Below, one piece after another: positions 1 to 11,489 of a stretch of DNA of 64,000 nucleotides. The notes under the pieces were generated by a model. The model saw nothing but the letters and a program-made list of their open reading frames with translations, did no database searches and was not told where the DNA came from. Every line of letters begins with the position of its first letter. Position 1 is the stretch's first letter. The translations under genes and the position numbers were made by a program. The DNA comes from Lama glama (lineage: Eukaryota), in the NCBI GenBank assembly GCA_028534125.1, contig CM052817.1, positions 42,472,001 to 42,536,000 of the forward strand. Reading direction: 5' to 3'.

Positions 1-182
1 GAATAATGCAGACACCAAACAGAACTAATCAATAACAAAAACAAAACAGGTTCTGTGGACCACAAGAACAAATCAAACCTGGCTTCGGTACCCACCACCT
101 TCATCATCTGATTGATAACTGAGATTTGCTGACTCTCTCAATTACTCTGGTTTCATTACAGTCTGAGAAATACACCAAGCAC

Positions 183-645
183 TCATTTAGCTTTTATTAT
201 CTTTCTAGCCTCGTGCTTGCATGAAATGCCCAAAACTGGCATTTCAGGAAAAGGATAGGTAAATTAACTACAACCAAAAGAAAAAAAATCAGTTTCTTCA
301 ATGCGACCCTGCAATCAGTATCACACTGCATTATTACCAAAAACCACACAGCAATGCACACTTATCATTCAGGGTACTGCAGAGCAGCACACAACTTGTT
401 CTAAGTTCTTCCAAAGTGTAGCTCCTATGTATATTTGGCTTTTCTTATATTGTACTAATAAAATCCCCTTTCTGGTCTCAGGTGAACAGAGCCATTTCCC
501 AGTCCATTGCAACAAATCTACTTCTTCTGCATCTACTTGGTCACTGGTCCACACCAGATACGGTTTTGCAATGACCTGGAACGAAAGGAGCACCATGGAA
601 CCTCATGACTCCAGCAGTTTTTAAGTGTTTTAACTATGTAAAATT
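183..645 (-). pseudogene. Putative last coding exon, DEDDh 3'-5' exonuclease-like
   Basis: Acceptor ttttgctctgttttag|645. Phase-0 frame reads NFT*LKHLKTAGVMRFHGAPFVPGHCKTVSGVDQ*PSRCRRSRFVAMDWEMALFT*...RSYTLEELRTSCVLLCSTLNDKCALLCGF. After frameshifts: LGISCKHEARK(D) at about 233-199. The 3' end is approximate. Confidence 0.65.
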
Positions 646-1855
646 CTAAAACAGAGCAAAAAATACAAATTATGTTCTTTTTTCTTTTCCTGGGTAGTAA
701 ATATCAGAACAACTGGACTGTCTCCTATAGCATCCTTACATCTGGGGATCTCCAGGTTTTGAACTAGCAGCTCAGAAAATGCCCAAGACTTTATGAGTTT
801 AAACAGAACTTTCTAACTCTGGTCACTGAATGCTAGGGCCGTCTTAACACAGAGGTTAGCTAACGAGGTTAACTAGGTGTTAACTAACTTTGTTCATACT
901 TTATTTTATAACTTTAGTCAGAAATCCAGCTTCTGCCCTTTCTTTGATTTCTGTATTCTGCATTCACCAACAGGATGGTGGCAGATTTGTTTCCAGGTCT
1001 CATCCAGGTGTACGCTAGAGAATGATCACTAAATAGCACCGCCTGTAGGTAGTAACATTTTGCATTTGATTTTATTACAATGCAGATTAAACCAAAAAAC
1101 ACCAGGAAAAGAAAAGGTGACCCCTCTTGAATTCTATTTCCAATCTGAGTATCAGTACTTTTGTTGACATTCTCCTTCAATAGTTAACACCCAATGGTAG
1201 TTTTTCCAATCCCCCTGCTCTTCTGGCCAATGCCCTACCGGGGCGCTTTGCCATTGACCATGTGTTAGGACAGAATTTGAAATGGGATCTTTCTGTCTAT
1301 GATAACTACATCCCAACCTGAAACCTTGAAGCCAGGACCCCTATGCTTGGCCCACATGCAGCCACTTCCAGTGTGGCTGCTACTCTGTGACCTCGCCAAC
1401 TCCTGCTTATGTACTTCCCTGGGCCGTTTGCATGCAATCTGTCTCCTGAGCTACATGGGACTACCTGGCAAGTTCTCTCCTTGTTAGGTAGGGGACCTTC
1501 AAACACACCTCTGTGGTCTTACCAGGCCCAAACACAACTTTGATGTAAGAAGCATGTCCTAATTTTTTGATATGCAAATAAACAGAATTGAAAAATCATC
1601 TTAAACTGTTTCTTCTCAGATCAGGCTCATATAGAATCTATATTAAATTCTGCTTGCTTAACATTCACATTAACTTTCACATTAAAATTTTATCATTATC
1701 TTAAGACCTCAAGCTCCTAAGCATATATTTTCTGTAATCAAAAAGTCTGAAATGAAAATATATTTGTATGGGAAGAATTACATTTAATTTAAAAAATTCT
1801 TTGAAAAGTAAAAAACTCTAAACTCCACTTTTCCATTGTTTCTACACATTCTTAC

Positions 1856-2048
1856 TCTTGTAAACAGCCTTTTATAGATAACAGTGTAGAAAGATTCCTG
1901 TCTTTCCCTCCGGATTAATAGACCCACTGAAGGCAGACTTGTCAGTGAATGATATCTCTATTCAGGGATAACATTAGCCTTTGGATTCAGTCCAGTTTTC
2001 AGATACTGTCTCTCCTGGATATGTTTAATAACCTCAGAAATACCACAC
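1856..2048 (-). pseudogene. Decayed exon (193 nt, phase 2-0)
   Basis: tttttttctag acceptor, GTAAGA donor. Reads CGISEVIKHIQERQYLKTGLNPKANVIPE*RYHSLTSLPSVGLLIRRERQESFYTVIYKRLFTR with one stop. Confidence 0.7.
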
Positions 2049-2373
2049 CTAGAAAAAAAAAGCATTCATAAGAAAGGTTGCAAAAAATAAAAAGGCAGAG
2101 GATGTCCAGGAAAAGAAGAGATGCTTAATGATCTATGTCACGTTTCCGTTAAAATTACATATTAAGTACCATGCTTACATGCAAGTTTCACAAGTTTCAC
2201 CAAATGGTACCACACCTGTGACACTGCTTTGTCAAGGCACCACCACAGAACTGGTTCATAATCCCTTTGTTTCTAGTACATCACACTGATATATGATATT
2301 TTCTCCCAAGTTCCTTAACATTTTTTTTATGAGCTTGGGAATAAATAACAGAATATTCAGATGTGTGCATTAC

Positions 2374-2421
2374 CTTTTTAATCGTTGTAGCACTACTTCT
2401 TTCCCTGTCACTGATCTTATG
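2374..2421 (-). pseudogene. Exon (48 nt, phase 2-2)
   Basis: tctttcctttatcttctcag acceptor, GTAATG donor. Open frame IRSVTGKEVVLQRLK. Confidence 0.7.
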
Positions 2422-2507
2422 CTGAGAAGATAAAGGAAAGACTCCAAAACAGTTGTCAGTTGTGCAAAACCATGTGTGGAAAAAACAGGTATAAAGTATA
2501 AAGTCTT

Positions 2508-2660
2508 TTTTACATAAAATTTTTGATCATTATTTTTATTCATTTATTTTGGGGGGTGGTAATTAGGTTTATTTATTTTAATGGAGGCACTGAGGATTGA
2601 ACCCAGGATCCCGTGCATGCTAAGCTTGTGCTCTACCGCTGAGCTATACCCTCCCCCCAA
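2508..2660 (-). mobile_element. tRNA-derived SINE, Vic-1-like (camelid)
   Basis: Reverse complement begins GGGGAGGGTATAGCTCAGCGGTAGAG and contains a GGGTTCAATCC B-box and an AT-rich tail. Approximate TSD (a/g)gtat(a/g)aagtctt. Confidence 0.85.
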
Positions 2661-2936
2661 GGTATGAAGTCTTATCATAACTTTATGCCTTGTAGAATTT
2701 TTTGAATAAAAAGATACCTATCTCATTTTTCTTTCAGTTATTCAGTTCGGGGTACTGCTCTCTGAGTTTAGAAGGTAACATTTCCTGAAAAAGTAGAAGA
2801 CTTTGATGAAGCTCACAGAGAGACAATCAGTGATGAACACAGAAGAATCTGTTATTCTCATGGAGTTCAGAGTCTAGTCATCTTTAGCATAAAAAGATAT
2901 GCTAAGTGCTTCAATCCATATCATGCTGTACTAGGT

Positions 2937-3157
2937 CAGGAATTGGCATAACTATGGCCTAAGGGCCAAATCTGGCCCGCCACCTGTTTTTGTAAAATTT
3001 TATTGGAACCGAGCCATGTCTATTCATTTACATATTGTCTGTAGCAGCTTTTGAGCTGTAGCAGCAGAACTGAGTAGTTGTGATAGAGGCCATATGGCTT
3101 GCAAAACCGAAAATATTTACTCTCTGGTCCTTTACAGAAAAAACTTGCTGACCCTTG
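2937..3157 (+). mobile_element. hAT-Charlie MITE, MER58A-like
   Basis: Matches MER58A as recalled (ggccaaatctggcccgccacctgtttttgtaaa...tttacagaaaaaacttgctgaccc). Perfect 8-bp TSD tactaggt at 2929-2936 and 3158-3165. Confidence 0.85.
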
Positions 3158-3237
3158 TACTAGGTGAAACAACTGTTTATAGACAACAGCTTTACCTGTT
3201 TAAAGCTGGATTTAATTCTTACACCTTAAGGTGCTTT

Positions 3238-3340
3238 ATCAATGAGGAAACTGAGGCCCAGAGAGGTTAAGTATCCCAATGAAAAAAATCACACAATCAC
3301 AGAGAGACGGAGTTGGTATTAAATTCTGGTCTTCTGACCA
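3238..3340 (-). mobile_element. MIR SINE fragment
   Basis: Core-like aatgaggaaactgaggcccagagaggttaag. Confidence 0.65.
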
Positions 3341-4059
3341 TGGGTGGCAGTCCGAGGTCATTGTTTATTCAACAGCACTCCTTGCGCTAAACCTGGCTTG
3401 GGGATACAACAGAGGGGAAGACAGCTTAGTCCCTGTCTCAAAGGAGCTTACAGTCAGGAGTTCAGTAGCTCAAAGCACTTTCTAGATTTTAAGACCCCAA
3501 GAGCTTCTTTGTCTTGTAAAAGAGCCCGTAAGTGGTTCCAATCTTATAAAGTAGGATAGAGACACTGAAGTGTCCCCTATTTGTTAACCATATTGTGAGA
3601 GTAGCTGACAAGAAAGGAAAACTACTTTCCTATTTTATCTTCAGTGTCCTGTTTACAAAACAATAACACTGGACTCAAAGCGCAGTTTTGAAGATGCACC
3701 TTTGGATGCATCATTGTATTCTAAGCATCTAGCAGCACTTGGGACTCAATAACATTTTTGTTGACTAACAAGAATGTTCTATAAGATTTGAGAAGTATTT
3801 GGCTGTGCAAAAATACTTTGCTTGCTCTAAATTTCTGAGCCTAAAATATTTCTTTGCATTGGATTTGTAAAAGTATTGCTTTTGGCTTTTAACTATTGCT
3901 AAAGAAAATGACTAACCAATTAGATTTTTTGTAAGCAATCCTGGACATTGAGAGTTGTAAAAAATACTTTTTTTGACTTCTCAGATCTTAACTCTAGAAT
4001 TTTAAATTCCTTACATTAAAAAAGCTTGAAAAATACTCTTTTAAAAATATTGATTTTGA

Positions 4060-4190
4060 GGGGAGGGTATAGCTCAAGTGGTAGAGTGCATGCTTAGCAA
4101 CTGCAAGGTTTTGGGTTCAATCCCCAGTACCTCCATCAAAAAACATAAATAAATAAGTTAACCTAATTACCTCCTCCCCCCTAAAACAAA
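4060..4190 (+). mobile_element. tRNA-derived SINE, Vic-1-like
   Basis: ggggagggtatagctcaagtggtagagtgcatgcttagca...gggttcaatccccagtacctcc followed by aaataaataa...acctaattacctcc. Confidence 0.85.
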
Positions 4191-4229
4191 GTTTGAAAAG
4201 AAATACTAATTTTAGTCAACAAATCAGAG

Positions 4230-4461
4230 ACATGCCAAGCCACACTGAAGCCCGAGGCAAAGGAAAAAAGTAGTAATACTGCCCCTGTCTTTACTTAAGA
4301 TTTTGATATTTTATTCACCAGGCATTTTTTTGCACTAATTGTGACTTCTAAAAATATTATATAAGAATTTATTAATGTTGATGACTAGAGTTTTTTAGCA
4401 GCCCCTTAAATTTAGCTTCAAAGGTAAATGCCTTACTTACTTCATTTTAGTCCCAAATCTG
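4230..4461 (-). mobile_element. hAT DNA transposon remnant, MER96B-like
   Basis: Reverse complement resembles recalled MER96B (gggactaaaatgaagtaagtaaggcatttacc...aaatttaaggggctgctaaaaaactc...aaatatcaaaatcttaagtaaagacagg). Confidence 0.55.
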
Positions 4462-4890
4462 CACAAACTCAAATATTTTTAAAAATATTTTTCTTTCTCT
4501 GAAAATATTGTGTAGAATAAAGCTTCAGAGAAAAAATTCGTTCAGCCATTCTCTTCCTTCATAAGTTCATTCCTAGCTTTGCAATAAAATAGAACTCTGT
4601 AGAATAGTAGTTTTTCATCAGCTGGTCCCCAATGACAAGGGTGTCACAGGAGCAAAGAGTAAGCTGCATTTGGGTGATAATTGTTGGTCTGTGCTTCACA
4701 GTAGGTGGAGGAGGCCTAGAAAAAAGCTCCAAGCTCTGGGGATTTCTTCTCTTAGCTCTTCCTTCTCCATTTTTAGACAAATGTAAACTACAATCCTGTA
4801 AGTGCATCTCTCCTGACTTTCCCTTCAGTGATCTATTTCAGGGTTTCTACACCAAAGAATTTAGTGTGTTAGGAAGAAGCAAGCCTTTCT

Positions 4891-5056
4891 TTTGGGTTTT
4901 TGTTTTTTGTTTTGTTTTGTTTTTTGTATGTGTGTTTGAGGGGAGGTAATTAGGCTTACTTATTTATTTATTTACTAGAGGAGGTACTGGGGATTAAACC
5001 CAGGACCTTATGCATGCTAAGCATGCGCTTTACCACTTGACCTATACCCTCCCACT
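4891..5056 (-). mobile_element. tRNA-derived SINE, Vic-1-like
   Basis: Same SINE body on the minus strand. 16-bp TSD agaag(c/g)aagcctttct at 4875-4890 and 5057-5072. Confidence 0.85.
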
Positions 5057-6453
5057 AGAAGGAAGCCTTTCTGGCCCAAGTCTACTCCTACACCCTCCAG
5101 TCAGTTTCACAGTAATTAAGGTGATAATTTTATCTTCATTTTAGCTATGTCTTTATGCTCAACTAGTTCTAAACTTGAGATGAAAAGAAAGAGTGTTTCT
5201 GACTGACCTTAATCTCAACATTTTCCCCCTAAATTTTGCTAGTTAAGTCTAGTCAAAATGATCCTTTGGTTTTATAGACTTCTAAATCTAACAATAAATT
5301 TTAAAGTCCTCTCTGGTCTCCCCATAACTTACTCAGAAATTTGATGACTTTCCAAATGGAGAATTTTAACATAAAGGAAACATTTTATTTCAAATTAGAA
5401 TAAAGTATGAACAAAAATGAACATTTAAAAACCCCAAATGACTTAATGGTCTTGAATCATTTTCATTTCCATATTAACTGACAAAAAGCATGTCTGTTTC
5501 ATAGTTGCTGTTTTTGCATAACATACACATCCTGCTTTTCCATTTCACATTACTTTAAACCCATTTTTCTGTGTTTTCATAAAATCATCAAATTATGCAG
5601 TAATCACTGTTATGTGCTTAATTTACCAAATCATATCCTAGCTTAAATGCTTAGATTCTCTCCTGATTTTTTCTTCTAGTAGAAGACAAAGGATGTTCTT
5701 TATAAAGTATAAGTTCTTTGTAAGTATAAAATATGATTCTATTTACTTTATTCCTTCATATATATCACTAGGAGTACAGTTACTGGGTTAAAGGTATAAA
5801 TATATTTATGGTTGTAGTTAACTATTCAAGCATTTTTTTCATATTTTTCTTTTTAAAAATCACACCTCTAAAGATGATGATATTGTGTTAGTAATTTGCA
5901 TTTGAGCTTTTTTCCCTAAGTTTCAAAACAATTGGTATATTTTCATCTTATTTGTTGTTTCCCCCAAAACTGGAATATTACAGACAAGAACACTGAGGTG
6001 GAAAACAATGCAAGGAATATGATTGTGTTCAGGTGTTACCAAAAGCTGGATTAAAAAAATGACATTTATGTAATACAAATATCTGGATATATACAAGTAG
6101 ACAAATGGTTTTTCTGAAATTTTTCAATATTTTCATCTGGATGTTAGATGTCATGTAAATATACTGTGCTCCCAATTAGAATATCAATTGCAAAATAGCA
6201 ACAAACATTAAGAGATGCTCCCATAACTTAAAGCAACTTCAACTTGGAACAGAATTTACTAACACTGATATAGCATAAAATGATAATTTCTATTTTATTA
6301 TTTCAGGAAGACTAAGGTTGTAAAGTAGTAATTAAATGTATGGAATACTATTTCCCAAAAGCTACTAAAATTATTCTAGAATTCTTTCCCTTATTTAGTA
6401 CATTTTACTAAGCCATGATTCCCTTGTTTAAAAATCGATGAATTGTGTTTATT

Positions 6454-6766
6454 TTTATGGATTGAATGTTTGTATCCCTCCACATTTCATATGCTGAATC
6501 CCTAATCCATAATGTGATGGAATTAGGAGATGAAGCCTTTGGGAGGTAATCAGATTTACATGAGGCTATAAAAATGGAGCTCCCATGATGGGATTAGTGT
6601 CCTTATTAGAAGACGAAGGGACCAGAGCTCTCTGTTTCTGCCATGTAAGGATACAGTAAGAAGGCAGCTGCCGGCAAGCCAGGAAGAAGGTTTTCACCGA
6701 GAGTCAACCATGAGCCACCCAGCCAATGGTATTTGTTATAGCAGCCTGAGCTGACAATTAACATAC
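6454..6766 (+). mobile_element. MaLR solo LTR, MLT1A-like
   Basis: tatggattgaatgtttgtatccc...tttgggaggtaatcag...atgatgggattagtgtcctt...tggtatttgttatagcagcctgagctgac. Confidence 0.75.
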
Positions 6767-6899
6767 AGTTCTAGCTTTTCCTCTAGTCCAGTTGCAGACA
6801 CATATGACAGTTAATCAGACTCATAATGATAGCCTGGAATATGCATTATTTGCTTAAAATAACTGTCAATTACTTGTATGAAATCAGAGCTTTCTGTAC

Positions 6900-6974
6900 C
6901 TTGTTTCGAATTTATTCTTGAAGATTTCCAGGATAAAAATCTTCAGATTTCATCTAGCAGCATTGTGGACTCAT
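6900..6974 (-). pseudogene. Decayed exon (75 nt, phase 2-2)
   Basis: gatttctttttgcag acceptor, GTACAG donor. Reads *VHNAAR*NLKIFILEIFKNKFET(S). Confidence 0.65.
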
Positions 6975-7326
6975 CTGCAAAAAGAAATCTTAGAGTAAAG
7001 ACCATTGTTAACTGAAAACATAAAAGCTAAATAATTACCTTTATAATTAAATTCCCATATAATTTTTTCCATTAGTGTATCATTGTTTAGAAAAATTAAT
7101 TTTTAGTCTTTTTATATTAAGCTGTACTCAGCTCTTAGGGTATAGATTGGAACTCTAAAATTAAGAAGATAAAATAAGCCAGTCCTCATTGTCACTCAGC
7201 CTGATTGTGATAGGTCTTAAATCTGACAATAGTATGTTTACATTATCACAATATCCTTTGACCTAAAATTATAAAAAATAATTTGCAAATTATGAGAGCA
7301 GAATAAATTAAGAATAAAACTCAGGG

Positions 7327-7624
7327 AGGGTGGGAAGGGATAGATGGGATTTCAAAATTGTAGAATAGATAAACAAGATTATACTGTATAGCACAAGATC
7401 TTATGGTAGCTCACAGAGAAAAAATGTGACAATGAATATATATATGTCCATGTATAACTGAAAAAATTGTGCTCTACACTGGAATTTACACAACGTTGTA
7501 AAATGATTATAAATCAATATAAAATGTTATATTGTTAAAAAAAAAAAGAAAGAAAACCTGAGCCTTTACCTTGCTTTAATAATTAAAGTTTTGTTCTCTA
7601 AAAAATAATAATAAATAAATAAAT
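7327..7624 (+). mobile_element. 5'-truncated L1 3' end with probable 3' transduction
   Basis: L1 3'UTR-like sequence, A tract near 7537-7556, 43-bp unique segment containing ATTAAA, second A-rich tail. TSD aagaataaaactcaggg at 7310-7326 and 7625-7641. Confidence 0.75.
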
Positions 7625-7659
7625 AAGAATAAAACTCAGGGTGCAATCAGCTTTCTTTT

Positions 7660-8551
7660 TGTGTTCTGAGGGGGGTCTTCCTCACAGTAACAAACAATTC
7701 TTGGACAGGGTGTCAAAGAATTCAACTTAATTCCAACACAATCTACCCAGAGGTAGCATCAGATTTCACAGGTTAAGGGTTCAGTCCTACAAGACTGTCC
7801 CCTGCCCCACCTACTCACTTCAGACACCAGTTTTAAGCCCAGACTTCTACCTCTGTTTCTGATCAACCAGCTACAGACTGGAGATTTCAACAATCTCCTC
7901 CTTGGACTTCATATGCCAATCGAAAGTCCAGGTTGTTACCTGTCCTTCTAACTGACTGGCTATAAACCAGAGGTCCCCTCCTTGGGTTTGATTAACTTGC
8001 TAGAGTAGCTCACAAGTCTCAGAGAAACATTTTACTTAGTAGTTTATTATAGAAGGACATAACTCAGGAACAGCCAGATGGAAGAGATTTGTAGGGTAAG
8101 TTATACGGGAGAGGGCGGTGTGGAACTTCTATGCCCTCTACAGACACCTTACTTTCCCCAAATCTCCATGTGTTCACCAGTCCAGAAATTCTCTGAACCC
8201 AGTCCTTTCGGGTTTTAATGAAGGGCTCATTACATAGGCATGACTGATTAAATAGATAGCCCTTGGCAATTGATTCAACCTCCAGCTCCTCTCTTCTTTC
8301 CTGATCTGGGGTGAGACTGAAACCCTCTAAACAGGGTCTTGTGGCAACCAGCCCACATCCCTAGATGGAGTCCAAAAATCACTTCACTAATATAACTAAA
8401 GTCACTTTTTATCACTCTCAACCCTAAGGAAACTTCAAAGGCTTTGGGAGCTTTGGGTCAGGAACCATGGGTGAAGACCAAACATATACAAGAAAATATA
8501 TTTTGGTCATCTGAATGACCCAACATATATTTCTTATAAATCACAATACTG
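7660..8551 (-). mobile_element. ERVL-type LTR, MER21-like
   Basis: Recalled MER21 signatures cacaggttaagggttcagtcctacaagactg and terminal catatatttcttataaatcacaatac. Confidence 0.65.
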
Positions 8552-8859
8552 TAAGCTTTTAAAAGAAAAAAAAGCAGTATAAAAATAAAATATTATACAG
8601 CAGATAAATTATATAATGAGTACCTAAATCAGAAATGGGTGTATCAATTTCAGAAGGGTTCACTTTTTTCACTCATAAAATGAAGGTTTCCCCTTTACAG
8701 AAAATATTTTTTTGATTTGTAAAAATTCCATTTGACAAAAATTTTCAGGAATATGTATTCCTTGCCCTCTTGTTCTGTGTCTGTTCAGGAAGTACTGATA
8801 TTTCAAACAGAAGTATAACAAGTAACCGTATTAAAAAAAAGTGACAGAATGGTTGTATG

Positions 8860-9385
8860 AGTAAAAGGAAAGAGGTGAAGTAACCCAGATACCAGTAACT
8901 GTACAAAGCCGCTATCACTCCTAGAATAGAGGAAGGAAAATCAGCCAGATCCGTGATCATTGTGTAACTGAGGCTGCTGTAACTGCTGCCACTGGAACCA
9001 GTGGAAAGAAACCAGGAGGTCATCTCACAAAGGACACTGCAAGATCCCAAAGCTTGTAGCTGCTGGATCCAGACCCCAAGAGCACATGCTCTTGGAGCAT
9101 CTGAAGCACCTCCTGCCTCTACCACCTCTACAACAGAAACCTGGACAGAAGCCTGGAGTCCATACTCCTATGGAGAAGCTGTTCCTTTGTTGTTATTCCC
9201 ACCACTGCCCAAGGCACAGCCTACAGGAGAAATGCAAAAGAAAAATGCCTTGTTTCCTTTCCACCACCTCCCATTGCAGGAACAGGAAGCCAGCTAGTGA
9301 GACAGTGGGGATGGGTGGGAAATGTAGTTTCCAGGCTTCTAGCCAGCCTTGACATGGAACAGAGCACAGAAAAAATGGAATAGAC
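8860..9385. mobile_element. Ancient LTR fragment (LTR78-like, tentative)
   Basis: GC-richer block with gggaaatgtagtttccaggcttctagcc, typical of old LTR families. Family assignment is from memory only. Confidence 0.35.
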
Positions 9386-9516
9386 AAAGAAAAAACAGAT
9401 AAATGATGTCACAAACCTACATACATAGTGTACAACTGGTAAATATATTTTTCTTCTTCAAGTACTTTAAAGATAGAACAGTTAAATTAATAATTATACT
9501 TGTGACCTGGTCTTAC

Positions 9517-9709
9517 CTGCAATTTTTCTGTCATGTTTGCTTCTTGAATCTGATTAACTAGAATACTTCTCTTATCTTCTTTTTAATATGTGGGGTTACT
9601 TGGTTTCCAGTACCCTACATATAAGATTAACACTTGTGTGCAGGAAGTATCTCCTTTCAAGCTTGTAATACCCTTCATGTGGAAGATCAGTGAGGGAAAT
9701 TTTTATATT
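9517..9709 (-). pseudogene. Decayed exon with apparently broken acceptor
   Basis: CAG|GTAAGA donor at 9517/9516. Upstream ttttgtttttgttcAA (AG lost). Reads NIKISLTDLPHEGYYKLERRYFLH..., then after a frameshift VTPHIKKKIREVF*LIRFKKQT*QKNC ending in phase 2. Confidence 0.55.
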
Positions 9710-9939
9710 TTGAACAAAAACAAAATCAAATGTATATACTAAAATCATATGCCTGAAAGTTTATGTTGTTTTCAAATAAAAATGCATTTCTTGCATTAAA
9801 AAATTATTATTCAATTCTTGTGCTTCGAACATGATTTAACAGGAGATTGGACTACCTACATACACACGAATAATATGTGATTAGAACTGAGGTAAATTCC
9901 TGTTCCCTCAGGGAGACAAGATGATTTCCTGATCATCAG

Positions 9940-10675
9940 GGAACATAGATCCTGGTACGTGTTGGCTATCTCAGCCCATCCTCATTCCAGGGGCAGCTAC
10001 TACAGTTGCAGGCTCTGCTCTGACCACTTGCAATGCTGATGCTGACTGCCTGGTGTTAGACCACCCACCTGGGGTTTCCAGGGCTACCCTCACTTCTGAC
10101 CAACTGACTACAAACTTGGCATTCCCATTACCCCTCAGTTTTGATAACTATCCAGAACAACTCACAGAAGCATTATACTTATGAGAACAGTTTTATTAGA
10201 GCACAAAAGGATATAAATAAGAACCAGATAAAAGAAGAGGTGCATAGGAGGAGTCTGAGAGGGTTCTAAACATGAAGCTTCTAGTTTCATCTCTAAATGG
10301 AGTCAGAATGCATCACTCTCCCAGCACATCGACATATAGCAACATGCACAGAACACTGCCAACAGGAAAGTTCCTTCAAGCTTTGATGTCCAGGGCTCCG
10401 TTGGGATTTCATTAAGTGAGCACATAGCACTGGCTATGTGATGAACTCCAGCCCCTCTTCCCTCCCTGGAGGTCCAGATGATATCACTTGGCTCAAAGCC
10501 CTAACTCTCTAATTACCTTGTTGGTGTATTTGGTATAGTCAGCTTCATTACCAGAAACTGTTTAGGGGCTCACTGTGAGTAGCAAAGACACTCCTATTAC
10601 TCCAGAAATTCCAGAAATGTGCAGGATACCTCTCAGGAATCAGAGAGAAAGGCCAGCCAATTATTTATTATGCAG
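9940..10675 (-). mobile_element. ERVL-type LTR, MER21/MER77-family-like
   Basis: cacttctgaccaactgactacaaac...gaacaactcacagaa...tatacttatg...aggatataaat; similar to the 7660-8551 element. Confidence 0.5.
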
Positions 10676-11489
10676 GACTAGTTTTTAAACCAATCCTTAA
10701 AATGGCAAACGCTTTTTATCTTCTTTCATGTCAATAAATGAGATCTGAAGTATTCTTATTGCTCTAAACCTAGCAAACAGAGCCAAATTAGCCTCCATTC
10801 TTAGGGTTATTGGAAAATGCGTCTGCACCTCTTTGACTGGCAGTTCTAACATGGACACACTCCATCGCACCTAGGAACAAAACTGCCTTTAACGTCTGTA
10901 TTTAAACTCTGCCCAAAGCCTCCCATTGTCTTGCCTTTGCCCATCCAGTGAGACCCCTCCAACAATGACTGCAGCATGAATTTAGACTGAGCATCTTAAT
11001 CCCCTTTGGACAACATGATTCGGGGCTGTGGCTACTTTCTACTGTTTCTGCCAGTTCCCCAATAAGGACCCAACAGAATGCACACAGGTTATGACAGAAA
11101 AAAGAATTTCAATTTCAGACAAGAAGCTTATCATTAATATCAGTTTGCCAGGTGTTTTGGAGAGAAGGAACTAATACAAATTATTTCTTAATGATATTGT
11201 ATTGAAAAGAATATTTCAAAATAAATAAAAAGTAGAGTTCGATCTGATGATTTTCTCTGGCTGTTACTTCATTAATTCCTAAGAAAATGTTAAGCTGGAT
11301 TAATATTACCTACCTACTATTAGTATGATGTTTTAGAAAATATAATAAGAATGCTGAATGTGAAATTGAGAAATAGGTTATCACTTTTCATCACCTTTGG
11401 TAGACTAATGATAACTTGGATTATTTCAATGACATGTCAACAGAGGAGCCCACAGTAAATTAAATTATTGATCAAAATTGATTAGTTCC

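Noticed and set aside
369..596. Supplied minus-strand ORF MVLLSFQ... as the coding frame
   Set aside because: It is out of phase with the upstream exon chain. The frame carrying FVAMDWEM fits the splice phase and a known motif.
4060..4135. Functional tRNA gene
   Set aside because: The tRNA-like head continues into a SINE body and tail repeated four times in the window.
8745..9412. Cluster of overlapping ORFs on both strands
   Set aside because: They lie in a GC-richer LTR-like block, with no consistent splice signals or recognisable protein.
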